32,000 nt of DNA from Propionibacterium freudenreichii subsp. freudenreichii (GCF_000940845.1 NZ_CP010341.1:1620001-1652000); one strand, 5' to 3'. Shown: positions 22,954 to 32,000, numbered from the stretch's first letter. The notes: generated by a model from the letters alone, not told the origin. Program-made: numbers and translations.

Positions 22954-23547
22954 ATGAAGTGGGAATCACGCAGCGTTGGCTCCATGGAGAACAACGCATA
23001 CCTGCTGACCAGCAGCGACGATCACCTGGTGCTGGTGGACGCGGCCACCGAACCGGCCACCCTGCTCGAGTGGATCGGCCCGCGCACCCTGGACGCCGTG
23101 ATCACCACGCACCAGCACTTTGACCACATCGGGGCCCTCGCCGCGGTGGTCGAGGCCACCGGAGCCACGCCCTGGTGCGGCGGGCCCGATGCCGCCTCGA
23201 TCGCGGAACAGACCGGCGTGCAGTGCCGCACCGTGTGGACCGGCGACACGCTCCTGGTCGGCGACGAGGCCCTCGAGGTGATCGGCCTGGTGGGGCACAC
23301 CCCCGGATCGATCGCGCTCGTCCTGCCGACCAACCCGACGGTGCTGATCACCGGGGACTCGCTGTTCCCGGGGGGCGTGGGACGCACCAAGGACCACGAC
23401 GAGTTCGATTCCCTGTTCGGCGACGTCACCACGAAGCTCTTCGACCGCTTCGGCGATGACACGCTCGTGTTGCCGGGCCACGGGAAGTCCACGACCCTGG
23501 GCGCCGAGCGCCCCCACCTACCCGAATGGCGTGCCCGCGGCTGGTGA
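22954..23547 (+). CDS. MBL-fold metallo-hydrolase (glyoxalase II-like)
   Basis: The THQHFDH (HxHxDH) motif is present, with downstream His (GHTPGS) and Asp (TGDSLFPGG) ligands and a C-terminal LPGHG. The ATG is 1 nt after the upstream stop. Confidence 0.85.
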   Translation: MKWESRSVGSMENNAYLLTSSDDHLVLVDAATEPATLLEWIGPRTLDAVITTHQHFDHIGALAAVVEATGATPWCGGPDAASIAEQTGVQCRTVWTGDTLLVGDEALEVIGLVGHTPGSIALVLPTNPTVLITGDSLFPGGVGRTKDHDEFDSLFGDVTTKLFDRFGDDTLVLPGHGKSTTLGAERPHLPEWRARGW

Positions 23548-23581
23548 GGCCACACCGGGCCCCCGTCCACGGGCCCCGGGC

Positions 23582-24616
23582 TCAGGAGCCGTCGCCGGAT
23601 CCGGCACCGGGTGACGAGGGCGCGGGTCCCTCGACGGCGCCGGTGCGTCGGGCGTGCAGCATCTGCACCACGCTGGCCAGGGCGGTCACCGCCAGGATGG
23701 CGACGATCACGATCAGCGAGATGCTCGTGGGGATCTCCACGCTGAAGCCCAGTTTCGCATCCCATCCGTAGTGGTGGCAGGCGTGCAGCACGAGCTTCGC
23801 GCCGATGAAGGTCAGCAGCACCGAGAGTCCGATGGGCAGGTAGACCAGTTTCTTCAACATGCCGCCCAGCAGGAAGTACAGCTGGCGCAGCCCCATCAGG
23901 GCGAACACATTCGCGGTGAACACGATGTAGGGCTCCTGAGTGAGCCCGTAGATGGCGGGGATGGAGTCGAGGGCGAACATCACGTCGGTGGTGCCCAGGG
24001 CCACCACGACGAAGAACAGCGAGGTGGCCAGCAGCTTGCCGTCGACGCGCACGAACAGCTTGTCGGACTCGTAGTCGCCGGTAGTGGGCACGATCTTCTT
24101 CAGCCACCGCACCGCGGGACCGTCGGCGGCGTCTTCCTCCTCCTCCGAGGAACTTCCGGTGATGAAGTCCCGGACGAGCCCCACGGCGGTGTAGATCAGC
24201 CAGGCGCCGAAGATGAAGAAGATCCAGGCCAGCCGTGAGATCAGTGCGGCGCCCAGCCCGATGAAGATGCCCCGGAACAGCAGGGCCAGCATGATGCCGA
24301 CCAACAGCGCGAACTGCTGCGCCTTACGCGGCACCGACAGCTTGGTCATGATGATCAGGAAGATGAACAGGTTGTCCATCGACAGGCTGTACTCGGTCAG
24401 CCAACCGGCGAAGAACTCACCTGAATACGCGGGTCCGGCCCAGAAGTGCATGGCGATGCCGAACAGGATCGCCAGGGCGACATAGAAGCCGACGGCGGTG
24501 ACTGATTCCCGGATGCTCGGCACATGTGGTCGCCGCGACAACATCACCGCGTCGATCGTGAGCACCGCCAACATCACGACAATGGTCACGATCCAGACCA
24601 GCAGGGAAATGTGCAC
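23582..24616 (-). CDS. TerC family integral membrane protein
   Basis: The GTG at 24616 follows GGAGG by 6 nt. The product has TerC hallmarks (…EYSLSMDNLFIF…, …GTTDVMFALDSIPAIYG…EPYIVFTANVFALMGLRQLYF…). The track extension to 24685 would run through the riboswitch and was trimmed. Confidence 0.88.
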   Translation of the reverse strand: MHISLLVWIVTIVVMLAVLTIDAVMLSRRPHVPSIRESVTAVGFYVALAILFGIAMHFWAGPAYSGEFFAGWLTEYSLSMDNLFIFLIIMTKLSVPRKAQQFALLVGIMLALLFRGIFIGLGAALISRLAWIFFIFGAWLIYTAVGLVRDFITGSSSEEEEDAADGPAVRWLKKIVPTTGDYESDKLFVRVDGKLLATSLFFVVVALGTTDVMFALDSIPAIYGLTQEPYIVFTANVFALMGLRQLYFLLGGMLKKLVYLPIGLSVLLTFIGAKLVLHACHHYGWDAKLGFSVEIPTSISLIVIVAILAVTALASVVQMLHARRTGAVEGPAPSSPGAGSGDGS

Positions 24617-24633
24617 CGGGTACCTCCATCGGA

Positions 24634-24737
24634 CGCAAGGTCTCTTCCCTCCGGACCGCGGGCCCGGAGCGCAGCGCCGGGCCACCTGTCGTGGCCGTAC
24701 TGACGACTACTGCGAGGATGGAGTACTCCCCTTAGCG
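24634..24737 (-). promoter_or_regulatory. yybP-ykoY (Mn2+-sensing) riboswitch aptamer in the TerC leader
   Basis: The minus-strand RNA reads CGCUAAGGGGAGUACUCC…GUCGUCAGUACGGCCACGAC…GGCCCGGCGCUGCGCUCCGGGCC…GGAGGGAAGAGACCUUGCG. It has the conserved 5' AAGGGGAGUA and 3' GAGACCUU motifs. P1 closes as CGC(U)AAGG/CCUUGCG, with internal stems GUCGU/ACGAC and GGCCCGG/CCGGGCC. The downstream gene is a TerC family member, a classic partner of this riboswitch class. Confidence 0.75.
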
Positions 24738-24806
24738 TCAACCATTGTTGCACCGGCAGCGGTGAGCACCAACCGCGCCCGGCGCGTCGGCCGGCGGCGG
24801 AAACCG

Positions 24807-26891
24807 CTACTTGGCAGCCTCCACCATGCCGCGCAGCTCCTTCTTGAGGTCGGCGATCTCGTCGCGCAGCCGGGCGGCGAGCTCGAACTGCAATTCGCCG
24901 GCCGCCGAATGCATCTGCGCGGTCAGTTCCTGGATGAGGCCGGCCAGCTCGGTGGCGGGAAGGTTCTCGCCGCGCTTGTGCTTGTCGGAGGTGGTCGGCA
25001 GGGCGCTCGCCTCGTGGCCGCTGCCCCGGGTGTCGGCAAGCAGCTTGTCGGTATCGGCGTCCTCACGCACGAGCATGTCGGTGATGTCGGCGATCTTCTT
25101 GCGCAGCGGCTGCGGATCGACGCCGTGGGCCTTGTTGTAGTCAACCTGAATCTGGCGGCGACGGTTCGTCTCGTCAATGGCCTTGGTCATCGACGGCGTC
25201 ATCTGGTCGGCATACATGTGCACCTGGCCCGAGACATTGCGGGCCGCACGACCGATCGTCTGGATCAGCGAACGGTCGGAGCGCAGGAACCCCTCCTTGT
25301 CGGCATCCAGGATCGACACCAGGCTCACCTCCGGCAGGTCGAGTCCCTCACGCAGCAGGTTGATGCCCACCAGCACGTCATATTCACCCATGCGCAGTTC
25401 GCGCAGCAGTTCGACCCGCTTGAGCGTGTCCACCTCGCTGTGCAGATAGCGCGTGCGCACGCCATGCTCCATGAGGTAGTCGGTGAGGTCCTCGGCCATC
25501 TTCTTGGTGAGGGTGGTCACCAGCACGCGCTCGTCCTTCTTGGCGCGCGCCTTGATCTCGCCCATCAGGTCGTCGATCTGGCCATGGGTGGGCTTGACGA
25601 TCACCTCGGGGTCGACCAGGCCGGTCGGGCGGATGATCTGTTCCACCACGCCATTGCCCCGGGCCAGTTCGTAGGGTCCCGGGGTTGCCGACGAGTAGAC
25701 GGTCTGGCCGATGCGTTCGGTGAACTCCTCGAAGCGCAACGGACGGTTGTCCATGGCGCTGGGCAGGCGGAAGCCGTGGTCGACCAGGGTGCGCTTGCGG
25801 CTCATGTCGCCCTCGTACATGCCGCCGATCTGGGGCACCGTCACGTGCGACTCGTCGATGACCAGCACGAAGTCCTCGGGGAAGTAGTCGAGGAGGCAGT
25901 TCGGTGGCGAGCCTGCCGGACGGCCGTCGATGTGACGGGAATAGTTCTCGATGCCCGAGCAGGTGCCGATCTGGCGCATCATCTCGATGTCATAGTTCGT
26001 GCGCATGCGCAGCCGCTGGGCCTCCAGCAGCTTGTTGTCCTTCTCCAGTTCGGCCAACCTGTCGGCCAGTTCCGCCTCGATGTCGGTGATGGCGCGGGCC
26101 ATCCGCTCGGGGCCCGCCGTGTAGTGCGATGCGGGGAAGACATAGACCTGCTTGTCCTCGCTGACGATCTCGCCGGTCAGCGGGTTCAGCGTGGTGAGGG
26201 CCTCGATCTCGTCGCCGAAGAACTCCACCCGGATCGCGAACTCCTCGTACATCGGGAAGATCTCGAGCGTGTCGCCGCGCACCCGGAAGGTGCCACGGGT
26301 CGCAGCCATGTCATTGCGCACATACTGCACCTCCACCAGCCGACGCAGCAGGTTCGAGCGATCCCATTCCTGGCCGACCTTCAGGTTGATCATCTGGTCG
26401 ACGTACTCCTGGGGCGTGCCCAGTCCGTAGATGGCGCTCACGGTGGCCACCACGATGACGTCGCGGCGGGTCAGCAGGGAGTTCGTGGCCGAATACCGCA
26501 GCCGCTCGACCTCCTCGTTGAGGCTGGAGTCCTTCTCGATGTAGGTATCGGTCTGGGGCACATAGGCCTCGGGCTGGTAGTAGTCGTAGTAGCTGACGAA
26601 GTACTCCACGGCATTGTCGGGGAAGAATCCCCGCAGCTCGGTGGCGTACTGGGCGGCGAGGGTCTTGTTGGGCTGCATCACCAGCATGGGACGCTGCAGC
26701 CGCTCGGCCAGCCAGGCGACGGTGGCCGTCTTGCCGGTGCCGGTGGCGCCCATCAGCACGACGTCCTGCTCGCCGGCCTCAATGCGCCGGGCGAGCTCCT
26801 CGATGGCCTGCGGCTGATCACCTGAGGGCTCGAAGTCCGCATGCACCTTGAACGGGGCGACGGTACGGGTGATGGTGTCAACGGGGCGCAT
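24807..26891 (-). CDS. uvrB: Excinuclease ABC subunit B
   Basis: The product carries …[48 protein letters not shown]…, helicase motifs and a C-terminal UVR domain ([17 protein letters not shown]). The start is taken at ATG 26891, with TTG 26918 as an alternative. Confidence 0.95.
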   Translation of the reverse strand: MRPVDTITRTVAPFKVHADFEPSGDQPQAIEELARRIEAGEQDVVLMGATGTGKTATVAWLAERLQRPMLVMQPNKTLAAQYATELRGFFPDNAVEYFVSYYDYYQPEAYVPQTDTYIEKDSSLNEEVERLRYSATNSLLTRRDVIVVATVSAIYGLGTPQEYVDQMINLKVGQEWDRSNLLRRLVEVQYVRNDMAATRGTFRVRGDTLEIFPMYEEFAIRVEFFGDEIEALTTLNPLTGEIVSEDKQVYVFPASHYTAGPERMARAITDIEAELADRLAELEKDNKLLEAQRLRMRTNYDIEMMRQIGTCSGIENYSRHIDGRPAGSPPNCLLDYFPEDFVLVIDESHVTVPQIGGMYEGDMSRKRTLVDHGFRLPSAMDNRPLRFEEFTERIGQTVYSSATPGPYELARGNGVVEQIIRPTGLVDPEVIVKPTHGQIDDLMGEIKARAKKDERVLVTTLTKKMAEDLTDYLMEHGVRTRYLHSEVDTLKRVELLRELRMGEYDVLVGINLLREGLDLPEVSLVSILDADKEGFLRSDRSLIQTIGRAARNVSGQVHMYADQMTPSMTKAIDETNRRRQIQVDYNKAHGVDPQPLRKKIADITDMLVREDADTDKLLADTRGSGHEASALPTTSDKHKRGENLPATELAGLIQELTAQMHSAAGELQFELAARLRDEIADLKKELRGMVEAAK

Positions 26892-26965
26892 ACCGCCGAT
26901 ATTAGGTGCGCCACGCAACCCGTTCGGGGCACCCCCGGGCTCGACGGGTCAGGCCGGCCGACTGC

Positions 26966-27634
26966 TCAGTGCCCGTCGCCCGTCAGGCGCCGCCACAGTG
27001 TGTCCACCTGGGTGCGGGTGGCGTCCAGGCTGCCGGAATTGTCGATCACCATGTCGGCGGCCGCCAGGCGTTCGGCCCGGGACGCCTGGGCCCCGATGCG
27101 GGCCAGTGCCTGTTGGCGGCTCAGCCGGTTGCGGGCGATCAGCCGGCGCAACTGGAGGGGTTCGGGCACGTCCACCACCACCACCAGGTCGAAGTCGTCC
27201 TGCTGCCCGGTCTCCACCAGCAGGGGCACGTCATGCACCACCACCGCGTCGGCGGGGGCCCGGTCCTCGAGCTCGTCGGATGCCTTCCAGACCAACGGAT
27301 GGATGATCGCATCGAGGTCATGGCGTGCCCGGGCATCACCGAAGATGATGGCGCCCAGTCGGCTGCGGTTGAGCGCCCGATCCGGCGTCAGCACGCCATC
27401 GCCGAAGCGTCGCACCACCGCCTGCAGTCCCGGCGTGCCCACATCGACGACGTCGTGGGCGAGCCGGTCATGGTCGATCACCACGGCCCCGCAGTCGGTG
27501 AGCATGCCGGCCACCACGCTCTTGCCCGAGGCGATGCCCCCGGTCAGGCCCACCAGCGTCTGGCCGGGATGGCTCCGCTGCCGGGTGTCGCGGGCGGGCT
27601 TGCGGGGTGCCCCTGATGCCGGATTCGTCGCCAC
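26966..27634 (-). CDS. coaE: Dephospho-CoA kinase
   Basis: The P-loop VGLTGGIASGKS and the CoaE-like body (…HPLV…, VVHDVPLLVETG…) are present. The GTG at 27634 gives a ~25-aa N-terminal extension relative to the usual M-x-IGLTGG start. An internal GTG (VGLTGG) is an alternative start. Confidence 0.85.
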   Translation of the reverse strand: MATNPASGAPRKPARDTRQRSHPGQTLVGLTGGIASGKSVVAGMLTDCGAVVIDHDRLAHDVVDVGTPGLQAVVRRFGDGVLTPDRALNRSRLGAIIFGDARARHDLDAIIHPLVWKASDELEDRAPADAVVVHDVPLLVETGQQDDFDLVVVVDVPEPLQLRRLIARNRLSRQQALARIGAQASRAERLAAADMVIDNSGSLDATRTQVDTLWRRLTGDGH

Positions 27635-27637
27635 GGT

Positions 27638-28414
27638 TCAGGCCTGCGCCCGGGAGATCGCGTCCAGGGCCAGCTGCAGCGCCCTGTCCCGTTCGCTGTA
27701 GCCCCAGTCGCGGGCCTCATGGCCCTCGGGGCTGCCCAGGCTGTCCGCGGTGTAGAACAGCTGCGCGAAGTCGGCGCCGCGCAACTGTGCCGAGGCGGCC
27801 ATCGCCGAGCACTCCATGTCGACGATCCGGCAGCCCTGGGCGAGCCGATGGGCGAGCATCTCGGGGGTCTCGCGGTAGAACGCATCGTTGGTCCACACGG
27901 GTGCCGACGAGGTGTGGTAGCCGGCCCGGGCCACCGCGGCCTCGATGTGTCCCCGCATGGTGGGATCCAGGTCGACCCACGGCGATGCCGGCAGATAGTG
28001 GTAGCTGGTTCCCTCATCGCGCAACGCCCGGGTGGGGACGAACAACTCGCCCTCCGCCAGCGCCTCGAGCGCACCGCAGGAACCCACCGCCAGGGCGCGC
28101 TTCACGCCGAACCGGAACAGGTAGTCGGTGCACATGACGGCCGCGGGCGAACCGAGCGGCATCCGCATGAGTGCCACGTCTCCGGTGGGGACCTTCGCCC
28201 GGTACACCGGGAAGACGTCCCCGATCATCTCGATGCGGTCGATCTCCGCCAGCTTGTTGTCGGCGGCGTATTCGTCGATCGCGGGTCCGAGGAAGGCAAA
28301 GACCGCCCGGGAGGGAAAGCGATCGGCCTCGACGGTCTTCGCCTCGCCCTGACCGATCAGGTCATGGGGGTCGTCATCGAACTCGAGCACGGGGAACTTG
28401 TCGGTGTGCAGCAT
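27638..28414 (-). CDS. Nucleoside phosphorylase family protein (PNP_UDP_1, uridine phosphorylase-like)
   Basis: The ATG is preceded by AAGGAA. Motifs …ALAVGSCGAL…LFVPTRALRDEGTSYHY… and …IVDMECSAM… parallel the phosphate/ribose-binding segments of Udp/DeoD-type enzymes. The stop is 3 nt before the coaE start. Confidence 0.7.
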   Translation of the reverse strand: MLHTDKFPVLEFDDDPHDLIGQGEAKTVEADRFPSRAVFAFLGPAIDEYAADNKLAEIDRIEMIGDVFPVYRAKVPTGDVALMRMPLGSPAAVMCTDYLFRFGVKRALAVGSCGALEALAEGELFVPTRALRDEGTSYHYLPASPWVDLDPTMRGHIEAAVARAGYHTSSAPVWTNDAFYRETPEMLAHRLAQGCRIVDMECSAMAASAQLRGADFAQLFYTADSLGSPEGHEARDWGYSERDRALQLALDAISRAQA

Positions 28415-28476
28415 GGGATTCCTTTGTCAGCAGTTGTCCTGATGGTGCCGGCGCACAGCACCGGGTGGGCACAGAA

Positions 28477-28505
28477 GGGGCCCCGACCGTGACGGTCGGA
28501 GCCCC
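28477..28505 (-). terminator. Hairpin terminator downstream of rpsA
   Basis: The sequence is ggggcc-ccgaccg-tga-cggtcgg-agcccc, with a 7-bp inner stem, a 5-bp outer stem and one C/A mismatch. On the minus strand it is followed by TTCTGT. It begins 26 nt after the rpsA stop. Confidence 0.6.
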
Positions 28506-28530
28506 TCCATGATCAGCTGTACCGGATGGA

Positions 28531-29985
28531 TCAGTTACCGGAGAGCTTGTCGCGCAGTGCCTGCAGGGCCTCGTCGGAAGCCAGCGAGCCGGCCTCCTCG
28601 GCGGGAGCCTCGGGCGTGGCGGCCGTGTAGCTGGTGGCAGCCTCGACAGAAGCCTTCTGATCGGCTTCCTCGGCGGCCTCGGCCTGCTTCTTCAGCGCCT
28701 GCCAACGGGCCTGCGCCTCGGCGTACTGGGCCTCCCACGCAGCCTGCTGCTCCTCGTAGCCCGGCTTCCACTCGTTGGTCTCGGGATCGAAACCTTCGGG
28801 GTAGATGTAGTTGCCGTTCTCGTCGTAATTGGCAACCATGCCGTACAGCGACGGATCGAAGTCCTCGGCCCGCAGGTCGACGCCCTCGTTCGCCTGCTTC
28901 AGCGAGAGGCTGATGCGACGACGCTCAAGGTCGATGTCGATGATCTTGACCAGCACCTCGTCGCCGACGGAGACGACCTGCTCGGGGATCTCCACGTGGC
29001 GCTCGGCCAGCTCGGAGACGTGCACCAGGCCCTCGATGCCCTCCTCGACGCGCACGAAGGCGCCGAAGGGAACCAGCTTGGTGACCTTGCCCGGCACGAT
29101 CTCACCGATCTGGTGGGTGCGTGCGAACAGCTGCCAGGGATCTTCCTGGGTGGCCTTCAGCGACAGGGAGACGCGCTCGCGCTCCATGTCGACGTCGAGC
29201 ACCTCGACGGTGACCGGCTGACCGACCTCGACGACCTCACTGGGATGGTCGATGTGCTTCCACGACAGCTCGGAGACGTGCACCAGGCCGTCCACGCCGC
29301 CAAGGTCGACGAACGCGCCGAAGTTGACGATGGACGAGACGATGCCCTTGCGGATCTGCCCCTTCTGCAGCTGCTGCAGGAAGTTGTGGCGGGTCTCCGA
29401 CTGGGTCTGCTCGAGCCAGGCGCGACGCGACAGCACCACATTGTTGCGGTTCTTGTCGAGCTCGATGATCTTGGCTTCGAGTTCCTGGCCCACATAGGGC
29501 TGCAGGTCGCGGACGCGGCGCATCTCAACCAGGGATGCGGGCAGGAAGCCACGCAGGCCGATATCGACGATCAGGCCGCCCTTGACAACCTCGATGACGG
29601 TGCCGGTGACGACGCCGTCCTCCTCCTTGATCTTCTCGATCGTGCCCCAGGCACGCTCGTACTGAGCGCGCTTCTTGGACAGGATCAGGCGGCCTTCCTT
29701 GTCTTCCTTCTGCTGGACAAGTGCCTCGATCTCATCGCCGACGCTGACCACCTCAAAGGGATCAACGTCATGCTTGATGGAGAGTTCCTTGGACGGAATG
29801 ACGCCTTCCGTCTTGTAGCCGATGTCGAGGAGGACCTCGTCGCGATCGACCTTGACGACAGTGCCTTTGACAATGTCGCCGTCATTAAAGTACTTGATGG
29901 TGGAATCAACCGCTGCCTCAAAGGCTTCGGCACTCCCGATGTCGTCGACCGCGACCTGATTCGACGCCTCAGTGGAGGAGGTCAT
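28531..29985 (-). CDS. rpsA: 30S ribosomal protein S1
   Basis: The ATG at 29985 follows GGAG by 9 nt. The product [64 protein letters not shown]… contains four S1 repeats. The track ORF extension to 30177 (Arg-rich) was trimmed. Confidence 0.95.
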   Translation of the reverse strand: MTSSTEASNQVAVDDIGSAEAFEAAVDSTIKYFNDGDIVKGTVVKVDRDEVLLDIGYKTEGVIPSKELSIKHDVDPFEVVSVGDEIEALVQQKEDKEGRLILSKKRAQYERAWGTIEKIKEEDGVVTGTVIEVVKGGLIVDIGLRGFLPASLVEMRRVRDLQPYVGQELEAKIIELDKNRNNVVLSRRAWLEQTQSETRHNFLQQLQKGQIRKGIVSSIVNFGAFVDLGGVDGLVHVSELSWKHIDHPSEVVEVGQPVTVEVLDVDMERERVSLSLKATQEDPWQLFARTHQIGEIVPGKVTKLVPFGAFVRVEEGIEGLVHVSELAERHVEIPEQVVSVGDEVLVKIIDIDLERRRISLSLKQANEGVDLRAEDFDPSLYGMVANYDENGNYIYPEGFDPETNEWKPGYEEQQAAWEAQYAEAQARWQALKKQAEAAEEADQKASVEAATSYTAATPEAPAEEAGSLASDEALQALRDKLSGN

Positions 29986-30157
29986 GTAGTAGGGCTCCGA
30001 TGTTGGATGGATGTGAGATTGTGACGCGCGCAAACGCATCCCGCTGAACGGAACGGCGATTCGCTCCCGATAATTCCCGTCCGTCCGCAGGGACGGGCCG
30101 GACCATCGACAACGACGCCACACACTAGGTCTGGAGCGGCGTACACGGCGCTGACCA

Positions 30158-30187
30158 ATTCTAGCTGTGCGGTTCACGCTGAGGCAA
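30158..30187 (-). promoter_or_regulatory. Putative sigma-A type promoter for rpsA
   Basis: On the minus strand, TTGCCT (30187-30182) is followed by an 18-nt spacer and TAGAAT (30163-30158). It would give a leader of about 165 nt before the rpsA ATG. The prediction rests on motifs only. Confidence 0.4.
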
Positions 30188-30265
30188 AAGACCCCCCGGA
30201 TGGCAAATCACGTTGTCATCGCCGGCACATGCGGCGCGCGGTGACCAACCCGGACGCGGCATGGT

Positions 30266-30299
30266 CATGCCCCATCCCCCGGGCAGGAGATGGGGCATG
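30266..30299 (-). terminator. Hairpin downstream of the aldehyde dehydrogenase gene
   Basis: catgccccatc (30266-30276) pairs with gatggggcatg (30289-30299) in an 11-bp perfect stem with a 12-nt loop. It lies about 50 nt after the stop at 30348 and has no U-tract. Confidence 0.5.
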
Positions 30300-30347
30300 T
30301 TGCCCACGAAATGGGGCGGGTTGGACCGCCCGTCCGGACCCGACCGA

Positions 30348-31814
30348 TCAGCGCCAGGGGTTCGGCAGGGCCACGTAGATGGTCTCGAGGTATTCCTCGA
30401 TGCCCTCGAAGGAGCCCTCACGTCCGAGGCCCGATTCCTTCACGCCGCCGAAGGGTGCTGCGGCATTCGAGAACAGTCCGGCGTTGGCGCCGATCATTCC
30501 GGTCTCCATGCGCTCGGCGAAGCGCTGGATGCGATCGAAGTCACGCGTGAACACATAACCCGCCAGTCCGACCGGCACCGAGTTCGCGATGTCGAGTGCC
30601 TCCTGCTCGGTGGAGAAGGTGGTGATCGGGGCCACGGGACCGAAGATCTCGGTGCGCATGATCTCGGCATCGGGCTTCACGCCGGTCAGCACGGTGGGCG
30701 GGTAGAAGCTGCCGACGCCGGTGGGCACCTCGCCGCCGGTCTCGAGCTTCGCGCCCGCCTCGACGGCGCGATCCACCAGCGCCGCAATGTTGTCGCGGTC
30801 CTTGGTCGCGATGATCGGACCGACCTTCGTGTTGGGATCCAGGCCGTCACCGATCGGCAGCGACGACATCCACGCGGTGAACTTCTCGGTGAATTCGTCG
30901 GCGATCGACTCATGCAGGATGAAGCGGTTCGCGGCGATGCAGGCCTGACCCATGTTGCGCATCTTGGCCGCCTTGGCACCCTCGACCGCGGCATCGACGT
31001 CGGCGTCATCAAAGACGACGAAGGCCGCGTTGCCGCCGAGCTCCATGCTGATCCGCAGGTTGTGGTGGGCTGCCTGGGCGCTGAGCATCTGGCCGACCGG
31101 CGTCGAGCCGGTGAACGACAGCTTGCGCAGGCGCGGATCATCGATCAGCGAGTCGACCACCTTGTGGTCGGTGCAGGTGATCACATTCACCACGCCGTCG
31201 GGCACGCCGACGTCAGCGAGCACCTTGCCGAACAGCAGCGTGGTGAGCGGCGTCGACGACGCCGGGCGCACCACGACGGTGCAACCCGCAGCCAGCGCCG
31301 GAGCGATCTTGCGGGTGGCCATGGACAGCGGGAAGTTCCAGGGCGTCACGAGCAGACAGGGTCCCACCGCGCGCTTGCTGATCAGCTGGCGCAGGTTGCC
31401 CTCCGGGGTGGGCATGTAGCGCCCCGCAATGCGCACGGCCTGCTCACTGAACCAGCGCACATATTCGGCGCCGTAGGTGATCTCGCCGTAGCTCTCCGCC
31501 AGGGTCTTGCCCATCTCGAGGGTCATCACCCGGGCGAAGTCGTCCTTGCGCCGCTCGACCTCATCGAAGGCGGCACGCAGCAGGTCGGCACGCTCACGCG
31601 GCGCAGTCGACTGCCACTCAAGTTGGGCCCCGACAGCTGCGTCGAGGGCCTGCGAAGCCTGGGTCACATCGGCGTTCGCGATGCTTGTCAGCACCTCGCC
31701 GGTGGCCGGGTTCGTCACATCGAATGTCCCTGCAGCGCCTTCGACGTTCTTGCCGTTGATGTACAAGGTACGCGGAGTGTCGGCGGGAAGCTCATGACTG
31801 ATCTGTTCGCTCAC
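30348..31814 (-). CDS. gabD: NAD(P)-dependent aldehyde dehydrogenase, succinate-semialdehyde dehydrogenase-like
   Basis: The ALDH family motifs are present: VTPWNFP, FTGSTPVG, the catalytic Glu in MELGGNA, the catalytic Cys in GQACIAANR, and EIFGPV. The start is taken at GTG 31814 (488 aa). No in-frame ATG precedes the conserved core. The gabD symbol is a best guess from similarity only. Confidence 0.85.
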   Translation of the reverse strand: MSEQISHELPADTPRTLYINGKNVEGAAGTFDVTNPATGEVLTSIANADVTQASQALDAAVGAQLEWQSTAPRERADLLRAAFDEVERRKDDFARVMTLEMGKTLAESYGEITYGAEYVRWFSEQAVRIAGRYMPTPEGNLRQLISKRAVGPCLLVTPWNFPLSMATRKIAPALAAGCTVVVRPASSTPLTTLLFGKVLADVGVPDGVVNVITCTDHKVVDSLIDDPRLRKLSFTGSTPVGQMLSAQAAHHNLRISMELGGNAAFVVFDDADVDAAVEGAKAAKMRNMGQACIAANRFILHESIADEFTEKFTAWMSSLPIGDGLDPNTKVGPIIATKDRDNIAALVDRAVEAGAKLETGGEVPTGVGSFYPPTVLTGVKPDAEIMRTEIFGPVAPITTFSTEQEALDIANSVPVGLAGYVFTRDFDRIQRFAERMETGMIGANAGLFSNAAAPFGGVKESGLGREGSFEGIEEYLETIYVALPNPWR

Positions 31815-32000
31815 GCCACCACTGTAGTCTCGCGCAGCGCGCGCCCAGCGATGCGCAGCCCGCCGATCGGGGACACTTAACGGACCCGTAACATGGGCGC
31901 CGGGCGAGCCCGCCGCCACCCGCGGCAGGACTGCCGATCGATCGCACTGACCGCTGCGCCATAGTCGCCACCACCCCACTGCCGCCTCCCCCGCCGGGAG

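Noticed and set aside
23548-23581. A possible bidirectional terminator between the convergent MBL hydrolase and TerC genes.
   Set aside because: Only a 6-bp gggccc/gggccc stem can be drawn, and longer pairings contain mismatches. That is too weak to call.

Overview
This is a GC-rich actinobacterial chromosome segment. RbpA, WhiA, OpcA and a mycothiol-type DinB-fold enzyme are all present, and I cannot assign a genus from sequence alone. It is mostly conserved core genome. The core genes are the 3' end of zwf with opcA and pgl (+ strand), rbpA, secG-tpiA-pgk-gap, whiA-yvcK-rapZ-uvrC, uvrA, uvrB, coaE, rpsA and an aldehyde dehydrogenase. Several lineage-variable cassettes lie between the core blocks. 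They are a MacB/FtsX-type ABC pair (between gap and whiA), a HisKA_3 kinase / NarL-type regulator / ABC-2 exporter module plus a GNAT (between uvrC and uvrA), and a DinB-like enzyme + MBL hydrolase pair and a TerC membrane protein (between uvrA and uvrB). I found no rRNA, tRNA, CRISPR array, transposase, integrase or recognisable defence island. The observations most worth a second look are: (1) a yybP-ykoY (Mn2+) type riboswitch in the TerC leader, with an apparent Shine-Dalgarno-sequestering alternative pairing; (2) a 72-bp in-frame insertion bounded by perfect 36-bp direct repeats, splitting the ABC signature from Walker B in the ABC-2 ATPase; (3) periodic repeats in two intergenic regions (six units of 15 nt between pgl and rbpA; two units of about 31 nt between uvrC and rapZ); (4) a lysine/arginine-rich 74-residue C-terminal tail on UvrA. 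Many very long ORFs in the six-frame track are antisense shadow ORFs typical of high-GC DNA and were rejected. Several track ORFs were trimmed at the 5' end using homology-consistent N-termini and Shine-Dalgarno spacing. I do not see convincing evidence for a wholly new multi-gene system here.
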